Virus record (IMG/VR): IMGVR_UViG_3300035698_012122
Coordinates: 12,686-76,685 of that record
From: a virus
Reading direction: 5' to 3' (one strand)
Length of the DNA stretch: 64,000 bases
This document shows, piece by piece, positions 1 to 9,597 of this stretch. How positions within the stretch are numbered: position 1 is the stretch's first letter; every line of letters starts with the position of its first letter. Both the position numbers and the translations under genes were made by a program. Under the pieces are notes generated by a model. The model did not search any database, was not told where the DNA came from, and saw nothing but the letters and a program-made list of their open reading frames with translations.

Positions 1-2
1 AA

Positions 3-1298
3 ATAGTCGAATCAAATGAAGTTGATGGTGAACATATCATTGCTAAAGTGCGTGGTGTATTTTTCGTTCCAGATGGTAAATCAAGAAATGGTAGATACTA
101 TCCAAAAGAACTTTGGGAAAATGTTGTAAGTGACCCTGAAGTAATCGACAAATTAAAAACTAAAGCAATGTATGGAACTGTTGGTCATAGTCAAAAGATT
201 GATGATGATGCAATTCTAAAAGGTTTAGTTTCTCATATTGTAACAAACATGGAAATTAAGAATGGTAAAGGAATTGGTGAAGCACTAATTCTGAATACAC
301 CAGCAGGTAAAAATCTAAATACGATATTACAAGCTGGTGGGTCAATGTTCGTTTCCACTAGAGCTGATGGTACTTTTGAAGGTAAACATGAAGGGTTGCC
401 AATCGTTAGCCCAAAGACCTACAATTTCAATACAGTAGATTTTGTATTAGATGCTGGTTTTATAGAAGCCAATCCAAGCTTAACAGAAGCATATAATAAT
501 ATATTAGAAACAAACCAAGATAATAATGAAAACAAGGAAGGTAATATCATGTCTGAAAAACTAATTAAAATGCTATCTGATAGCAACGTAGACCTCAAAG
601 TAGAAGTAAAAACTCTAACAGAGAGTCATTCAACTTTAACAGAAGAAAAAACTGTTTTAGAAGAAGAAAACAAACACCTATCAGGTGAAATGGTTAAGTT
701 TGAAGAAGCAACTAAGAAAATTAAAGAAATGGAAGATGAAAAAGAAGCCGATGCTGAAAAGAAGAAGGAAGATGATAAAGAACTTTCAGAATTTAAAGAA
801 CTTGGTGAATCTTCATCTGATGTTAAAGGCACTTTAAATAATGCTTTAACACATATTAAAAAAGTAAATGAAGAACTTGGTGGTTTTGATAATGCTAAAA
901 CAGCATTAGAAACAGCAATTACTTTTAAGAAATCAGTTGATGAAGCTGGTGGACTAGAAACTTTGATTGAAGCAAAAGCTAAGATTAAAGAAATGGAAGA
1001 TGAAAAAGAAGATGAAGATAAAGAAAAAGAGAAAAAAGAACTAGCTGAAGAGTTAGGAATTTCTGAAGAAAAAGTAGCTGAATTACTAGAAACTAATTCT
1101 GCTGATGGAATCAGAAAAATGTTTACAGCATTAGAAGAAAATTTAGATAAGTCTAAATACAAAAAAATCTTTGAAAAGAAAAAAGCTAAATCTGAAGAAG
1201 ATGATGGTGAAGATGATGAAGATGATGATGAAGATGATGCTGATATTTCAGAATCTAAAATCTTATCAAAGAGTAATGCAAATTCAGTAAGTATGTAA
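3..1298 (+). CDS. Prohead core protease (T4 gp21-like) fused to acidic coiled-coil scaffold; 5' truncated by window edge
   Basis: Frame is open from position 3 (IVESNEVDGEHIIAKVRG). Contains gp21-like motifs SRNGRYYPKELW, YGTVGH, ILNTPAGKNL, VSTRADG, TVDFVLDAGF. C-terminal half is E/K/D-rich coiled coil. Lies directly upstream of the major capsid gene. Confidence 0.88.
   Translation: MVESNEVDGEHIIAKVRGVFFVPDGKSRNGRYYPKELWENVVSDPEVIDKLKTKAMYGTVGHSQKIDDDAILKGLVSHIVTNMEIKNGKGIGEALILNTPAGKNLNTILQAGGSMFVSTRADGTFEGKHEGLPIVSPKTYNFNTVDFVLDAGFIEANPSLTEAYNNILETNQDNNENKEGNIMSEKLIKMLSDSNVDLKVEVKTLTESHSTLTEEKTVLEEENKHLSGEMVKFEEATKKIKEMEDEKEADAEKKKEDDKELSEFKELGESSSDVKGTLNNALTHIKKVNEELGGFDNAKTALETAITFKKSVDEAGGLETLIEAKAKIKEMEDEKEDEDKEKEKKELAEELGISEEKVAELLETNSADGIRKMFTALEENLDKSKYKKIFEKKKAKSEEDDGEDDEDDDEDDADISESKILSKSNANSVSM
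549..1298 (+). CDS. Putative nested in-frame scaffolding protein (internal start MSEKLIKML)
   Basis: AAGGAAGGT Shine-Dalgarno (534-542) followed by in-frame ATG at 549, at the protease/coiled-coil boundary. Confidence 0.6.
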   Translation: MSEKLIKMLSDSNVDLKVEVKTLTESHSTLTEEKTVLEEENKHLSGEMVKFEEATKKIKEMEDEKEADAEKKKEDDKELSEFKELGESSSDVKGTLNNALTHIKKVNEELGGFDNAKTALETAITFKKSVDEAGGLETLIEAKAKIKEMEDEKEDEDKEKEKKELAEELGISEEKVAELLETNSADGIRKMFTALEENLDKSKYKKIFEKKKAKSEEDDGEDDEDDDEDDADISESKILSKSNANSVSM

Positions 1299-1312
1299 TA
1301 AATAGAGTAATT

Positions 1313-1351
1313 TGTGTGGGTGCTACACTTTAGCTAATCCACACATTTTTT
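1313..1351 (+). terminator. Hairpin plus U-tract after scaffold gene
   Basis: TGTGTGG...CCACACA stem followed by TTTTTT. Confidence 0.6.
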
Positions 1352-1465
1352 GTTTTTCCCAATTTGAGTTTAGTTTGGTTTCTACACTTTAGAATACACA
1401 TAAAGAAAATTAGGGATATTTTTTTAGAGTAACTAATATTAATCATAATTTATGGAGAAATTATT

Positions 1466-2899
1466 ATGAAACCAAATGAAATTAACGAAGATGTACTAAA
1501 CCAAGAAAACACAAGATTAGCTGAAGGGTATTGGAAAAAATACAAGAAGCAAATGCAATCACTGGAAAATGGTCTAGTTAATAAAGCTATGACACTTTCA
1601 GAACACCACATGGCTCAACTAGGTATGCAGTTAGACCAGTGGGAAAAATATACGCAAATGATGGAATCAAATGGTTCTTTAAACTCACTTGGAGAATTGC
1701 CAACAGTTGCACTAGATGTAATTACAGCAACTTTAAGTGAATCAATTTTACCAGTAATTAGTTCTATTCAAACAATCAAAGCTCAAAACTCTTTAATTTG
1801 GTTTAAAGATATTGTTGCACTTGATTCAAAAGGTAATGTTACTGCTGGTGATGTTATGGTTAACCCAACTGAAGGTGTTAAAACACCACAAGGTTATGCT
1901 TCAGCTCAAGTAACTGGTGAAGATTCTGGTGATACAACTACTGGTACATTCGCTTATACTCATACTGTTAACGGTGGTGAATCTATCCGTAGACAAAATG
2001 TTAAAATTTATCTTCTATCAGATCCAGCAGTTTTTGCTAAAGATTTTGATGGTAAAGGTAAAGCATACGGTGAAGGCATGAGTGCTGTAATTGATTATGC
2101 AACTGGTATTATCGAAGTAACTCTAAGTGCAGACCCAGCTACAGGTGATAAGATCATGGTAGACTATGTTCAAAACTTAGAAGAAATGAGTGATGTTCGT
2201 AGACTTGGTTCACAACTAAGAAGTGACAACATTGTTGCTATTCCTTATGCACTTAAGGGTGTTGCTGGAATGTTCCAAATGTTTGAACTTAAACAAACTT
2301 TTGGTGATTCTGCATTACAAGATATGACTGATGATTTAGTTAGAGGTATCAATGCAGAGATTGGTGGAGATTTAATTTCTAAGTATAAAGCTAATGCACA
2401 AGGTACTACTTTATTCCAAGAATATAATCCACTAGTTCATACTGGTGTTCCAGAAGCAGATCATAACGCGGCCTACGCTTATAGACGAGCTGATGCTGAA
2501 TCAGTAATCATGTCTAACAGTGGTAGAGGTGTAATTAAAGTTGTTATCGCTGGACATTTACATTGTGCAAAACTTAGAGGCATGGATGGATTTAATCTTC
2601 TATCTGATGGTGGAAGTTTAGGTGCTCATATTTTTGGTACACATAAAGGTGTTACTTATGTAAGAGTTCCAGATGAAAGTATTCTTGATAAGAGAGCTGG
2701 ACTTGGAATCTTTACTGGTACGAAGCCACTTGAAAGTGCTGGTGTTTATGCACCGTATATGCCACTTACAATTGGTGCTTCACCACTAGGGCCAAATCCA
2801 TTAACGGAACAAAAAGTTGCGGCGAGTATGGCAGGAACTAAATGTGTTGTTCCAGCTTATGTTACGAACTTCAATGTTGCAGTAACTCCAAACCCATAA
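1466..2899 (+). CDS. gp23: Major capsid protein, T4 gp23-like (HK97 fold)
   Basis: 477 aa with GGAG RBS. gp23-family C-terminal motif AGVYAPYMPL and N-terminal IQTIKAQNSLIWF-type segment. Follows protease/scaffold and is followed by a strong terminator. Confidence 0.9.
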   Translation: MKPNEINEDVLNQENTRLAEGYWKKYKKQMQSLENGLVNKAMTLSEHHMAQLGMQLDQWEKYTQMMESNGSLNSLGELPTVALDVITATLSESILPVISSIQTIKAQNSLIWFKDIVALDSKGNVTAGDVMVNPTEGVKTPQGYASAQVTGEDSGDTTTGTFAYTHTVNGGESIRRQNVKIYLLSDPAVFAKDFDGKGKAYGEGMSAVIDYATGIIEVTLSADPATGDKIMVDYVQNLEEMSDVRRLGSQLRSDNIVAIPYALKGVAGMFQMFELKQTFGDSALQDMTDDLVRGINAEIGGDLISKYKANAQGTTLFQEYNPLVHTGVPEADHNAAYAYRRADAESVIMSNSGRGVIKVVIAGHLHCAKLRGMDGFNLLSDGGSLGAHIFGTHKGVTYVRVPDESILDKRAGLGIFTGTKPLESAGVYAPYMPLTIGASPLGPNPLTEQKVAASMAGTKCVVPAYVTNFNVAVTPNP

Positions 2900-2919
2900 G
2901 TCTAAATAACAATTAAACT

Positions 2920-2954
2920 AAGCAGTAGGGTGTAAAAGCCCCACTGCTTTTTTT
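2920..2954 (+). terminator. Rho-independent terminator after major capsid gene
   Basis: AAGCAGT-AGGG...CCCC-ACTGCTT stem followed by a T run. Confidence 0.85.
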
Positions 2955-2974
2955 GTTAAACAAGGAAACTAAAC

Positions 2975-3565
2975 ATGATTAAATACAAACTAAATAATGC
3001 TAGAAAAACTCAGGTTTCAACTGCAAAAATTGGTGGAAAAAGAATTGTTTTAGAATCAGGTGGAGAAAAGATAATTTCCTTTACAGATTTTAAGCGGTTT
3101 GAAAAATCTTTAAACTCTCTAGTAACTTCAAATATTATTACTTGTGAAAAGCTTATTGGTGAAAAAGCCAAAGAAGCTAAAATAAGTGGTGATGAACCTT
3201 TATCTGATGAAGCTAAGAAAAAAATTGCTGATGATGCTGAAGCTAAAAGAATAGCTGATGAAGAAGAAGCTCAAGCTAAAAAAGATGAAGAAGAAGCTGA
3301 AGAAAAAAGAGTAGCCGATGAAGCTGAAGCTAAGAGATTAGCAGATGAAGAAGAAGCTAGTAATAAAGCCCCTGATGATGCTAATGAAACTGATGAATCT
3401 AAAGAAGGTTCTGATGATGAAAATAAAGCACCTGATGCTGATATTGATTCTAATAACCCTGATAGTGATGCAAGTGTTCCAAGCAGTGAAGCTAAAGACA
3501 CACAAGCACAACATAAAAATCAAGGTGGTAGAAACAATAACAGAAGCCGTAATAGAAACAAGTAA
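2975..3565 (+). CDS. Hypothetical virion-associated protein with charged ADEAEAKR repeats and low-complexity tail
   Basis: 196 aa ORF with AAGGA RBS. Repeated IADDAEAKRIADEEE / VADEAEAKRLADEEE and NKAPD units. Confidence 0.7.
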   Translation: MIKYKLNNARKTQVSTAKIGGKRIVLESGGEKIISFTDFKRFEKSLNSLVTSNIITCEKLIGEKAKEAKISGDEPLSDEAKKKIADDAEAKRIADEEEAQAKKDEEEAEEKRVADEAEAKRLADEEEASNKAPDDANETDESKEGSDDENKAPDADIDSNNPDSDASVPSSEAKDTQAQHKNQGGRNNNRSRNRNK

Positions 3566-3584
3566 GAAATAATGGGGTATTGGT

Positions 3585-4253
3585 TTGAATATCAAGGATA
3601 TATTTAACAGAATTATTCAGAAGTCAGGCCAGTATCTTCTCTCTACATCTAATATCGAAATTAATATTGATGCATTTAGAATACTAGTTGAAGATGCTTT
3701 ATCTATCTACAACAAAGCTTCACCATATGATAAGACAATGCAAATTGATCTTGGTGGTAGAAGACGTTGTTTCTTAGATGAAGATGAAGACTTTATTGAA
3801 GTAGGCAGAATACCAGATTGGATTTCTAAAGCTACACCAATTTTAAATTACAGCATGGGTGTAAATCCAAGCTTTTTATCACCAGCTTTTTCAGCTAGTG
3901 GTTATAATCAATCCGAACCTATTGAAGCCCTTCACAAATATGCAAAGCCATGGATGACAGTTAATATCTCTGGTGATTGGGAAGTGATTGGTGTTTGGAA
4001 TCATAAAGTAGAAAAAATAGAAAATGAAAGTAATGAATATGAAGTAAAAACTATAACAGTTGAAGACATGGTATTTTTTGACATTCTAAAAGCAATGTTC
4101 TTACAAGGTATTGGTTTATCTCGTAGAGCTTTTACAATGGATAATTTACCACTAGCTATGGATGCAGATTCATTAGTCTCTGATGCTGAAACACAATTAT
4201 CAACAGCGAAAGAAGAATTGCAGAATGTGCAAAAATTCTACTTATGGATATAA
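3585..4253 (+). CDS. Neck / head-tail adaptor protein (T4 gp13-like)
   Basis: Position after capsid. C-terminal LAMDADSLVSDAETQLSTAKEEL resembles gp13-family C-termini. TTG start behind GGGG RBS. Confidence 0.6.
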   Translation: MNIKDIFNRIIQKSGQYLLSTSNIEINIDAFRILVEDALSIYNKASPYDKTMQIDLGGRRRCFLDEDEDFIEVGRIPDWISKATPILNYSMGVNPSFLSPAFSASGYNQSEPIEALHKYAKPWMTVNISGDWEVIGVWNHKVEKIENESNEYEVKTITVEDMVFFDILKAMFLQGIGLSRRAFTMDNLPLAMDADSLVSDAETQLSTAKEELQNVQKFYLWI

Positions 4254-4256
4254 CTA

Positions 4257-4910
4257 ATGTCTCTGAAACTAAGAGTTGTAAAAAAAGAAATGAAACAGGG
4301 TGGTGCTTCTAAAGTAAAGAACTACACACCGCCTAGATTCCTTTGGAGGGATGCTAATAACTATCCAGAACTTTCAATTGTGAATGGTACTTTTGATATG
4401 ATACCAAGGAATGTTAGAAAACCTAGTCCAGATATTGATTTTGTAGGTGTAATTAAATCAGAGTTTCCAAATAGAAAAAAGCCTAAAGGCAATTCAAAGG
4501 GTGTAGGCCCGTCTTATAAAGTAACAATTAAATTCCAAAAAATAAAAATGAGTAAAGAACCTACCAGAGAAAACACTGAAAGGTTGGAAGATAAAGGTGA
4601 AACATTTTATTACAAAATGCCTTCACTAGCTAAAAATCCAGCTAAGATTAGATGTCAATGCGTAGACTTTAGACATAAGTTTGAAACACCAATTGCACGA
4701 GCTGGTGCTTTAGCATATGGAAGCCCTAGGGGTTATAAAAGAAAAACTGAAGAACCTACTGATGCAAATATGCTAAAGTGGGAAGCTGGTGAATTAGAAA
4801 AGAAACCAATGCCATATGCAAACCCAACAGATAAACTAGGGTACTGCAAACATATACACTCATTCTTAGCATATCTTATTGATGATGCTAAAATGGTGAA
4901 ACAATCATGA
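4257..4910 (+). CDS. Basic protein with SWIM-type zinc finger
   Basis: CQCVDF ... YCKHIHS (CxC-xn-CxH signature). Confidence 0.7.
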   Translation: MSLKLRVVKKEMKQGGASKVKNYTPPRFLWRDANNYPELSIVNGTFDMIPRNVRKPSPDIDFVGVIKSEFPNRKKPKGNSKGVGPSYKVTIKFQKIKMSKEPTRENTERLEDKGETFYYKMPSLAKNPAKIRCQCVDFRHKFETPIARAGALAYGSPRGYKRKTEEPTDANMLKWEAGELEKKPMPYANPTDKLGYCKHIHSFLAYLIDDAKMVKQS

Positions 4911-5317
4911 GTAGCTTTGTACAAGACGTTGAACGTATAGTTAAACAGCAAAGTGAAAGTGGTCTAATATATTTAGAAAACTATTATGGTTTAGAATTAG
5001 AACTGATGAGAGAAGACGTACTTGGTGATAAGATGTCTGATGCATATGGTTCATCTGCTGGTGTAACAGTTTCAAAAATATCAGAATTTAAAGGTGTTCT
5101 ACAAGGTGATGACTTTATACAGAAATCGGATCATTTTGCTGGAAACTTTGAAGAAGGTTTTTTATATACTAGAAGCAAAGATATAAAAGTAACCGATGTT
5201 ATAAAAGTTAAAAACACTGAAGGTGTTACTAGAAAATATAAAGTGGTAGCTATAGAATCAATCGGGTTTACAACTAAAATATTTACAATGTATAAATTAA
5301 CGAATCTTGGAGAATAA
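4907..5317 (+). CDS. Putative head closure / neck protein (gp14- or SPP1 gp16-like)
   Basis: 136 aa beta-rich protein with IKVTDVIKV...YKVVAIES pattern, in the neck cluster. Confidence 0.5.
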   Translation: MSSFVQDVERIVKQQSESGLIYLENYYGLELELMREDVLGDKMSDAYGSSAGVTVSKISEFKGVLQGDDFIQKSDHFAGNFEEGFLYTRSKDIKVTDVIKVKNTEGVTRKYKVVAIESIGFTTKIFTMYKLTNLGE

Positions 5318-5318
5318 T

Positions 5319-5633
5319 ATGAAACTATGTGAAGAACTAGATGTTGCTATGAATGAAGAGATTGTCCAAGTTACTAAAGATTTAAAAATGGTGGACAAGT
5401 CTAAAGCAACAGGTAAAGGCAAGAAGCCTATTATATACCTAAATGGTTCGGATGGTTACTGGTACAATAAAAGTGGAATATTAAATCAGATTAGAGCTAA
5501 AGGTGAAATAAAAGAATTTGGTTTTACCAAAGGAAATGATGACATGGCAAAAGCTGAAAAAGATTTTATGGATAAAAAAATAACAATGTCAGCTTATTAT
5601 GAACTAGCATCTGAATTAGACCACAACAATTAA
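5319..5633 (+). CDS. Small protein with capsid-targeting-like leader MKLCEEL (candidate internal head protein 1)
   Basis: GGAG RBS before ATG 5319 (the track's TTG 5307 is less likely). Leader DNA identical to next gene over 24 bp. Confidence 0.7.
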   Translation: MKLCEELDVAMNEEIVQVTKDLKMVDKSKATGKGKKPIIYLNGSDGYWYNKSGILNQIRAKGEIKEFGFTKGNDDMAKAEKDFMDKKITMSAYYELASELDHNN

Positions 5634-5643
5634 GGATATAAAT

Positions 5644-6057
5644 ATGAAACTATGTGAAGAACTAAACAAAGAAGTTAAAATGAGTACCAGTGAAGCAATT
5701 GATAACAACACCTATCTAGGTGGTTATTTAAATGCACTTCTATTTGTTGGAACTGATGAAGAAGATAACCCATTAGATGATGAACATGACATTGACGATA
5801 TTGATAAAGATTCTGTTAAGAAATCTGAAAAAGATATTGCTAAGTTTCTTAAAATGGCTAAAAAAGAATTAGAAGGAATTGAAGCTGATGATTCACAAAT
5901 TGGTCATGACATTCTAATGACTAGACAAGGCACTGGTGTTGGTTTTCTCGATAGAGACTATGCTGATGATGCAATATTAAAAAAGTTAGATGGGTATGCT
6001 GATAAGCTTGGAAGCGTTTCACCTTTTGCTGAAAACGGAACTGTAGGAATTGATTAA
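5644..6057 (+). CDS. Small acidic protein with leader MKLCEEL (candidate internal head protein 2)
   Basis: AAGGA RBS. Body has GHDILMTRQGTGVGFLDR, resembling a recurrent uncharacterised phage family (GHDFWLTRNGHGxGFWD-like, recalled from memory). Confidence 0.75.
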   Translation: MKLCEELNKEVKMSTSEAIDNNTYLGGYLNALLFVGTDEEDNPLDDEHDIDDIDKDSVKKSEKDIAKFLKMAKKELEGIEADDSQIGHDILMTRQGTGVGFLDRDYADDAILKKLDGYADKLGSVSPFAENGTVGID

Positions 6058-6743
6058 TGAGTTATGAAAACTTACCAGATTCAACATTAGATGTAGTCAC
6101 AAGTGCTGGTGCTGTAATGTCTGAATTTAAACAGATGGTGAAAGTAGAAATGCCAAATGTTTCAACGGTTTTCGATCCACTATTATCTTATGATTCTGCT
6201 GTAGCAAAATTCTTAAAAGAAAATAAAAATTATGAAGGTAGCCCACTTCCACTTTTTGCATATAACAGAACCATTACAAATTACGGTGATGTTGGATTAC
6301 AAAAGAGAAGTAAAAGGGCCACTGGTTGTATTGCTTTAGAAAACCAAGATGGGATAGCTAAATACTCAGTCATGCAGGGGGAATTTATAATTAACTTCCT
6401 TTACATAACGCAAAGCATGGAAGAAGTGGAAAGGTTTGAAGTTGCTTACTATGGTGAAGGAATATCCAAAACAACGGAAATAATCGTATCAATGCCAAAG
6501 CTAGGTGATTTTAGCTACTTTTTAGATTACAATGAATTAGATGATATTGTTATTGAAAAAGAGGGGTCATACTACAAAAGCGTAATTGGAACTATAAAAG
6601 TGCGTGGAATGTATTTCACATTCAAGGGCCAATCTGCTTTAATTAAAGAAATAACGTCAAGGATAATATCTTCAAACAATATTCCACTGTTGGAAGAAAA
6701 TGAAGTATTAGGAAATATATTAATAGATGAAACAGATAATTAG
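6057..6743 (+). CDS. Putative tail terminator / tail completion protein (gp15-like)
   Basis: 228 aa with PLPLFAYNR motif, located between neck and sheath genes. Confidence 0.5.
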   Translation: MSYENLPDSTLDVVTSAGAVMSEFKQMVKVEMPNVSTVFDPLLSYDSAVAKFLKENKNYEGSPLPLFAYNRTITNYGDVGLQKRSKRATGCIALENQDGIAKYSVMQGEFIINFLYITQSMEEVERFEVAYYGEGISKTTEIIVSMPKLGDFSYFLDYNELDDIVIEKEGSYYKSVIGTIKVRGMYFTFKGQSALIKEITSRIISSNNIPLLEENEVLGNILIDETDN

Positions 6744-6762
6744 ATAATAAGGGGAAATTCCA

Positions 6763-7125
6763 ATGAGCAAAAACAACAATGGTAGAAAAAGAGACAGCCA
6801 AAATAGTATCAAAGGTGATGCATTGGAAAATGACCGAGTACCAGCACCAAAAATGAAAATTACGGCTAAAGTTTTAGATGGAAACACTATAGAAAAAAAT
6901 GAAAGTGTCGATAAGTCTGCTAAACAGAAGATTCAAGAAAAGCGTGACTCTGGTGCAAGAAAAGAAAAACGTGTGAATATTGGATGGGTTATCTCAAGAT
7001 TAGATGAACCAAAAGATGTTGAGTACGATGGTAATGTAATGAGAGTTTCACCACGAGCGAAAATGAAAGTAGCAGATCATACTAAGTTGGGAGATTTACC
7101 CAATGGTTTAGTTCTGAAAAAGTAG
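6763..7125 (+). CDS. Hypothetical protein
   Basis: 120 aa ORF with AAGGGG RBS. Confidence 0.7.
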   Translation: MSKNNNGRKRDSQNSIKGDALENDRVPAPKMKITAKVLDGNTIEKNESVDKSAKQKIQEKRDSGARKEKRVNIGWVISRLDEPKDVEYDGNVMRVSPRAKMKVADHTKLGDLPNGLVLKK

Positions 7126-7203
7126 TATAGTATTATTATAAAAGATATTAACAAAAAAGTTATTTAATATATAAAAAATTAAATAGAACAACGGAGGTTT
7201 TAT

Positions 7204-9036
7204 ATGGGTATGGCCAGAGTCAATCTAAAAGAAGTAGACCTATCAACAAGGGTAGCTTCATTTGGTGGAGTATATGGTGCTATGTGTATTCCATCTTTAA
7301 AAGGGCCAATAGATTCGCCTTTTCTAAGTACGAGTGACACACAATTTCTAAACAAGTTTACAGCTAGAGGTAGAATTGAAGTTGGTGAAGACCTTTCAAT
7401 GTATTCTGCTTTAGCGTTCTTAGAACGTGCTAATAAGCTTTGGATTAAACGTGTTATCAATGATGCCTTCTTTGGTGGTGCAACTATTGCAACTGCTTCT
7501 AGTGCTTCAACATTCGCTTCATTTGATGGAGTAATCACACCGCTAACAGGAAATGCAGAGTTAACAGCAGATGTTGCTGGAACAACTGGTAATGCAATTC
7601 TTATTACAGGTGATGGTGTAAAAACTTTAACTACTTTAGTTAATGATTGGAATGTTGCAAACGTAGGAAACGAAGTAACAATTGATAGTGCTAACGGTGC
7701 TGAAATTCCTGATGATTTACAAGCAATGCAATTAGCTGGTGCAACTGATGGTGAAATTAACGAAGCTCTACCAGACAATACTGATATGGCCGATCCAACA
7801 GCATATGTTTTTGGTGCTGAAGAGTTAATGTTAATTTATGCTTCTTCTGAAGGTGCATGGGGTAACGGAATAGCAATCAAATTTATTACTGATGCTACTG
7901 ATACTCGATTGCTAGAACCAGATGCATTTATCCTAGAGGTTTATTTAAAAGAAAATTTAGTTGTTCCAGTTGAGACACATATTTGTTCAAGAGTATTAGG
8001 ACAAAAAGATGGTCGTGGATTAAATATGTTTCTTGAAGATTTATTAGAAGGTTCGGAATACATTAGAGGTATTTCAAATGTTCTTATAGATGACACTGTT
8101 CTTCCAGCTCAAGATTCTTCACCATTCCTTATGGGTGCTGGTGAAGATGGATTGGCCGTAACAGATGCGAACATGGTTTTAGCTTTGGATGATTTTTCTA
8201 ATCCAAATGAATTACCAGTTACAATCTTTATGGATGGTGGTTATGCAGTTCCAGCTTATGGAATAGCAATGGACACAATTGCAAAAAACAGACAAGATTC
8301 TGTAGCAATTCTTTCAACACCATATGCTGATGAAGCAAGTTCAAATTACCTGAATGACATTGTTGAATATAGAAAAGATGAATTGAACCTAAACAGTTCA
8401 TACTCTGGATTATATACACCACATCTTCAGATTCAAGATAAGTTCAATGATAGAACATTATGGGTAGCACCTGATGGAGCTGTTGGTGGATCAATCAGTT
8501 TTAGTTCTGAAAATTACGAAATCTGGTATCCAGCTTCGGGATTTAAACGTGGTATTTTAAATGTTTTAGATACTCGTAGAAGATTCTCTGATGGTGAAAT
8601 GGACACGTTACAAAACAATCAAATTAATCCAATCAGATTCATTTCTGGAAAAGGGATTGTAATTTGGGGTCAAAAAACATTACTTGCTAGTGCATCTGCA
8701 TTATCAGGAATGAATGTAAGACTATTGTTAACGGTAATTGAACCAGCAATCAAAGACTTCTTAATGAACTTTTTGTTTGAACTTAATGATGATGCAAATA
8801 GAAACTTAGCAGTTACACAAATTGGGTCTTATATGAATACTATCCAAGCTAAAAAAGGTGTATATGGTTTCCAAGTTGTTTCTGATAACTCAAATAACTC
8901 TGATGCTGATGTAGATGCTGGTAGAATGAATGTAGATGTTTTCATTAAGCCTACTATCTCAACTGAAGAAATTCCTGTTAGGATTGTAATAACTCCAAAC
9001 ACTATTTCTTTTGAAACCGCACAAGGTGCTATTTAA
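7204..9036 (+). CDS. gp18: Contractile tail sheath protein (T4 gp18-like)
   Basis: V(N)LKEVDLS N-terminus, KGPIDSP, GAWGN, WYPASGFKRG, NQINPIRFISGKGIVIWGQKTL, NVRLLL, VFIKPT motifs. GGAGG RBS. Confidence 0.95.
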   Translation: MGMARVNLKEVDLSTRVASFGGVYGAMCIPSLKGPIDSPFLSTSDTQFLNKFTARGRIEVGEDLSMYSALAFLERANKLWIKRVINDAFFGGATIATASSASTFASFDGVITPLTGNAELTADVAGTTGNAILITGDGVKTLTTLVNDWNVANVGNEVTIDSANGAEIPDDLQAMQLAGATDGEINEALPDNTDMADPTAYVFGAEELMLIYASSEGAWGNGIAIKFITDATDTRLLEPDAFILEVYLKENLVVPVETHICSRVLGQKDGRGLNMFLEDLLEGSEYIRGISNVLIDDTVLPAQDSSPFLMGAGEDGLAVTDANMVLALDDFSNPNELPVTIFMDGGYAVPAYGIAMDTIAKNRQDSVAILSTPYADEASSNYLNDIVEYRKDELNLNSSYSGLYTPHLQIQDKFNDRTLWVAPDGAVGGSISFSSENYEIWYPASGFKRGILNVLDTRRRFSDGEMDTLQNNQINPIRFISGKGIVIWGQKTLLASASALSGMNVRLLLTVIEPAIKDFLMNFLFELNDDANRNLAVTQIGSYMNTIQAKKGVYGFQVVSDNSNNSDADVDAGRMNVDVFIKPTISTEEIPVRIVITPNTISFETAQGAI

Positions 9037-9056
9037 TTCTAAAAGGGGAATAAGTT

Positions 9057-9590
9057 ATGAGTAAAATAGATATTGAACAATTGAGAGCACTACCCGATTA
9101 TGTCAAACTGACTGATTGGGGTATTGCATTTCCAGTGTTGCCAGCAGTTGGTTTATTAGGTGGTTTTGTTTCTGAAGATTTAAATCTTAGATGTGAATCA
9201 GTTGACCTACCAAAACCAGCTAACCAAAAGATTGAAGTAAGTACTAAAGGTCATAAAACTTTTCAAAACGGTTTAAGTGATTTTGGTAACTCAACTACAA
9301 TTACTTTCAATGATACTGTTGATAATCTTGTGTTTAACTTTGTTAAAGCATGGAGAGAAATCACCAGAGATTTTAGAACTGGTAAACAGTTTTCTAAATC
9401 AGAAGTTGAAGCAATTATTGTTGTTACTCAATACGATGCAAACGATAATGCAATTAGAGCGTGGGAATTAGTAGGGTGTCTTTGGGAATCAGATGATTTT
9501 GGTTCACTAGATTCTGCTTCTAGTGATATTGCTAGACCTTCACTTACAATTAGTTTTGATTATCCAAGACCAATTTCTTTAAGAGCATAA
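9057..9590 (+). CDS. gp19: Tail tube protein (T4 gp19-like)
   Basis: Directly after sheath. LRCESVDLP, TITFNDT, KAWRE, W-x-LVGCLW, LTISFDY motifs. Confidence 0.85.
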   Translation: MSKIDIEQLRALPDYVKLTDWGIAFPVLPAVGLLGGFVSEDLNLRCESVDLPKPANQKIEVSTKGHKTFQNGLSDFGNSTTITFNDTVDNLVFNFVKAWREITRDFRTGKQFSKSEVEAIIVVTQYDANDNAIRAWELVGCLWESDDFGSLDSASSDIARPSLTISFDYPRPISLRA

Positions 9591-9597
9591 TTCTAAA

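Noticed and set aside
626-1162. 178-aa antisense ORF, and similar antisense ORFs such as 7200-7778, 20935-21462 and 60830-61354
   Set aside because: S/F/L-rich shadows of biased codon usage on the opposite coding strand, with no RBS or recognisable motifs.
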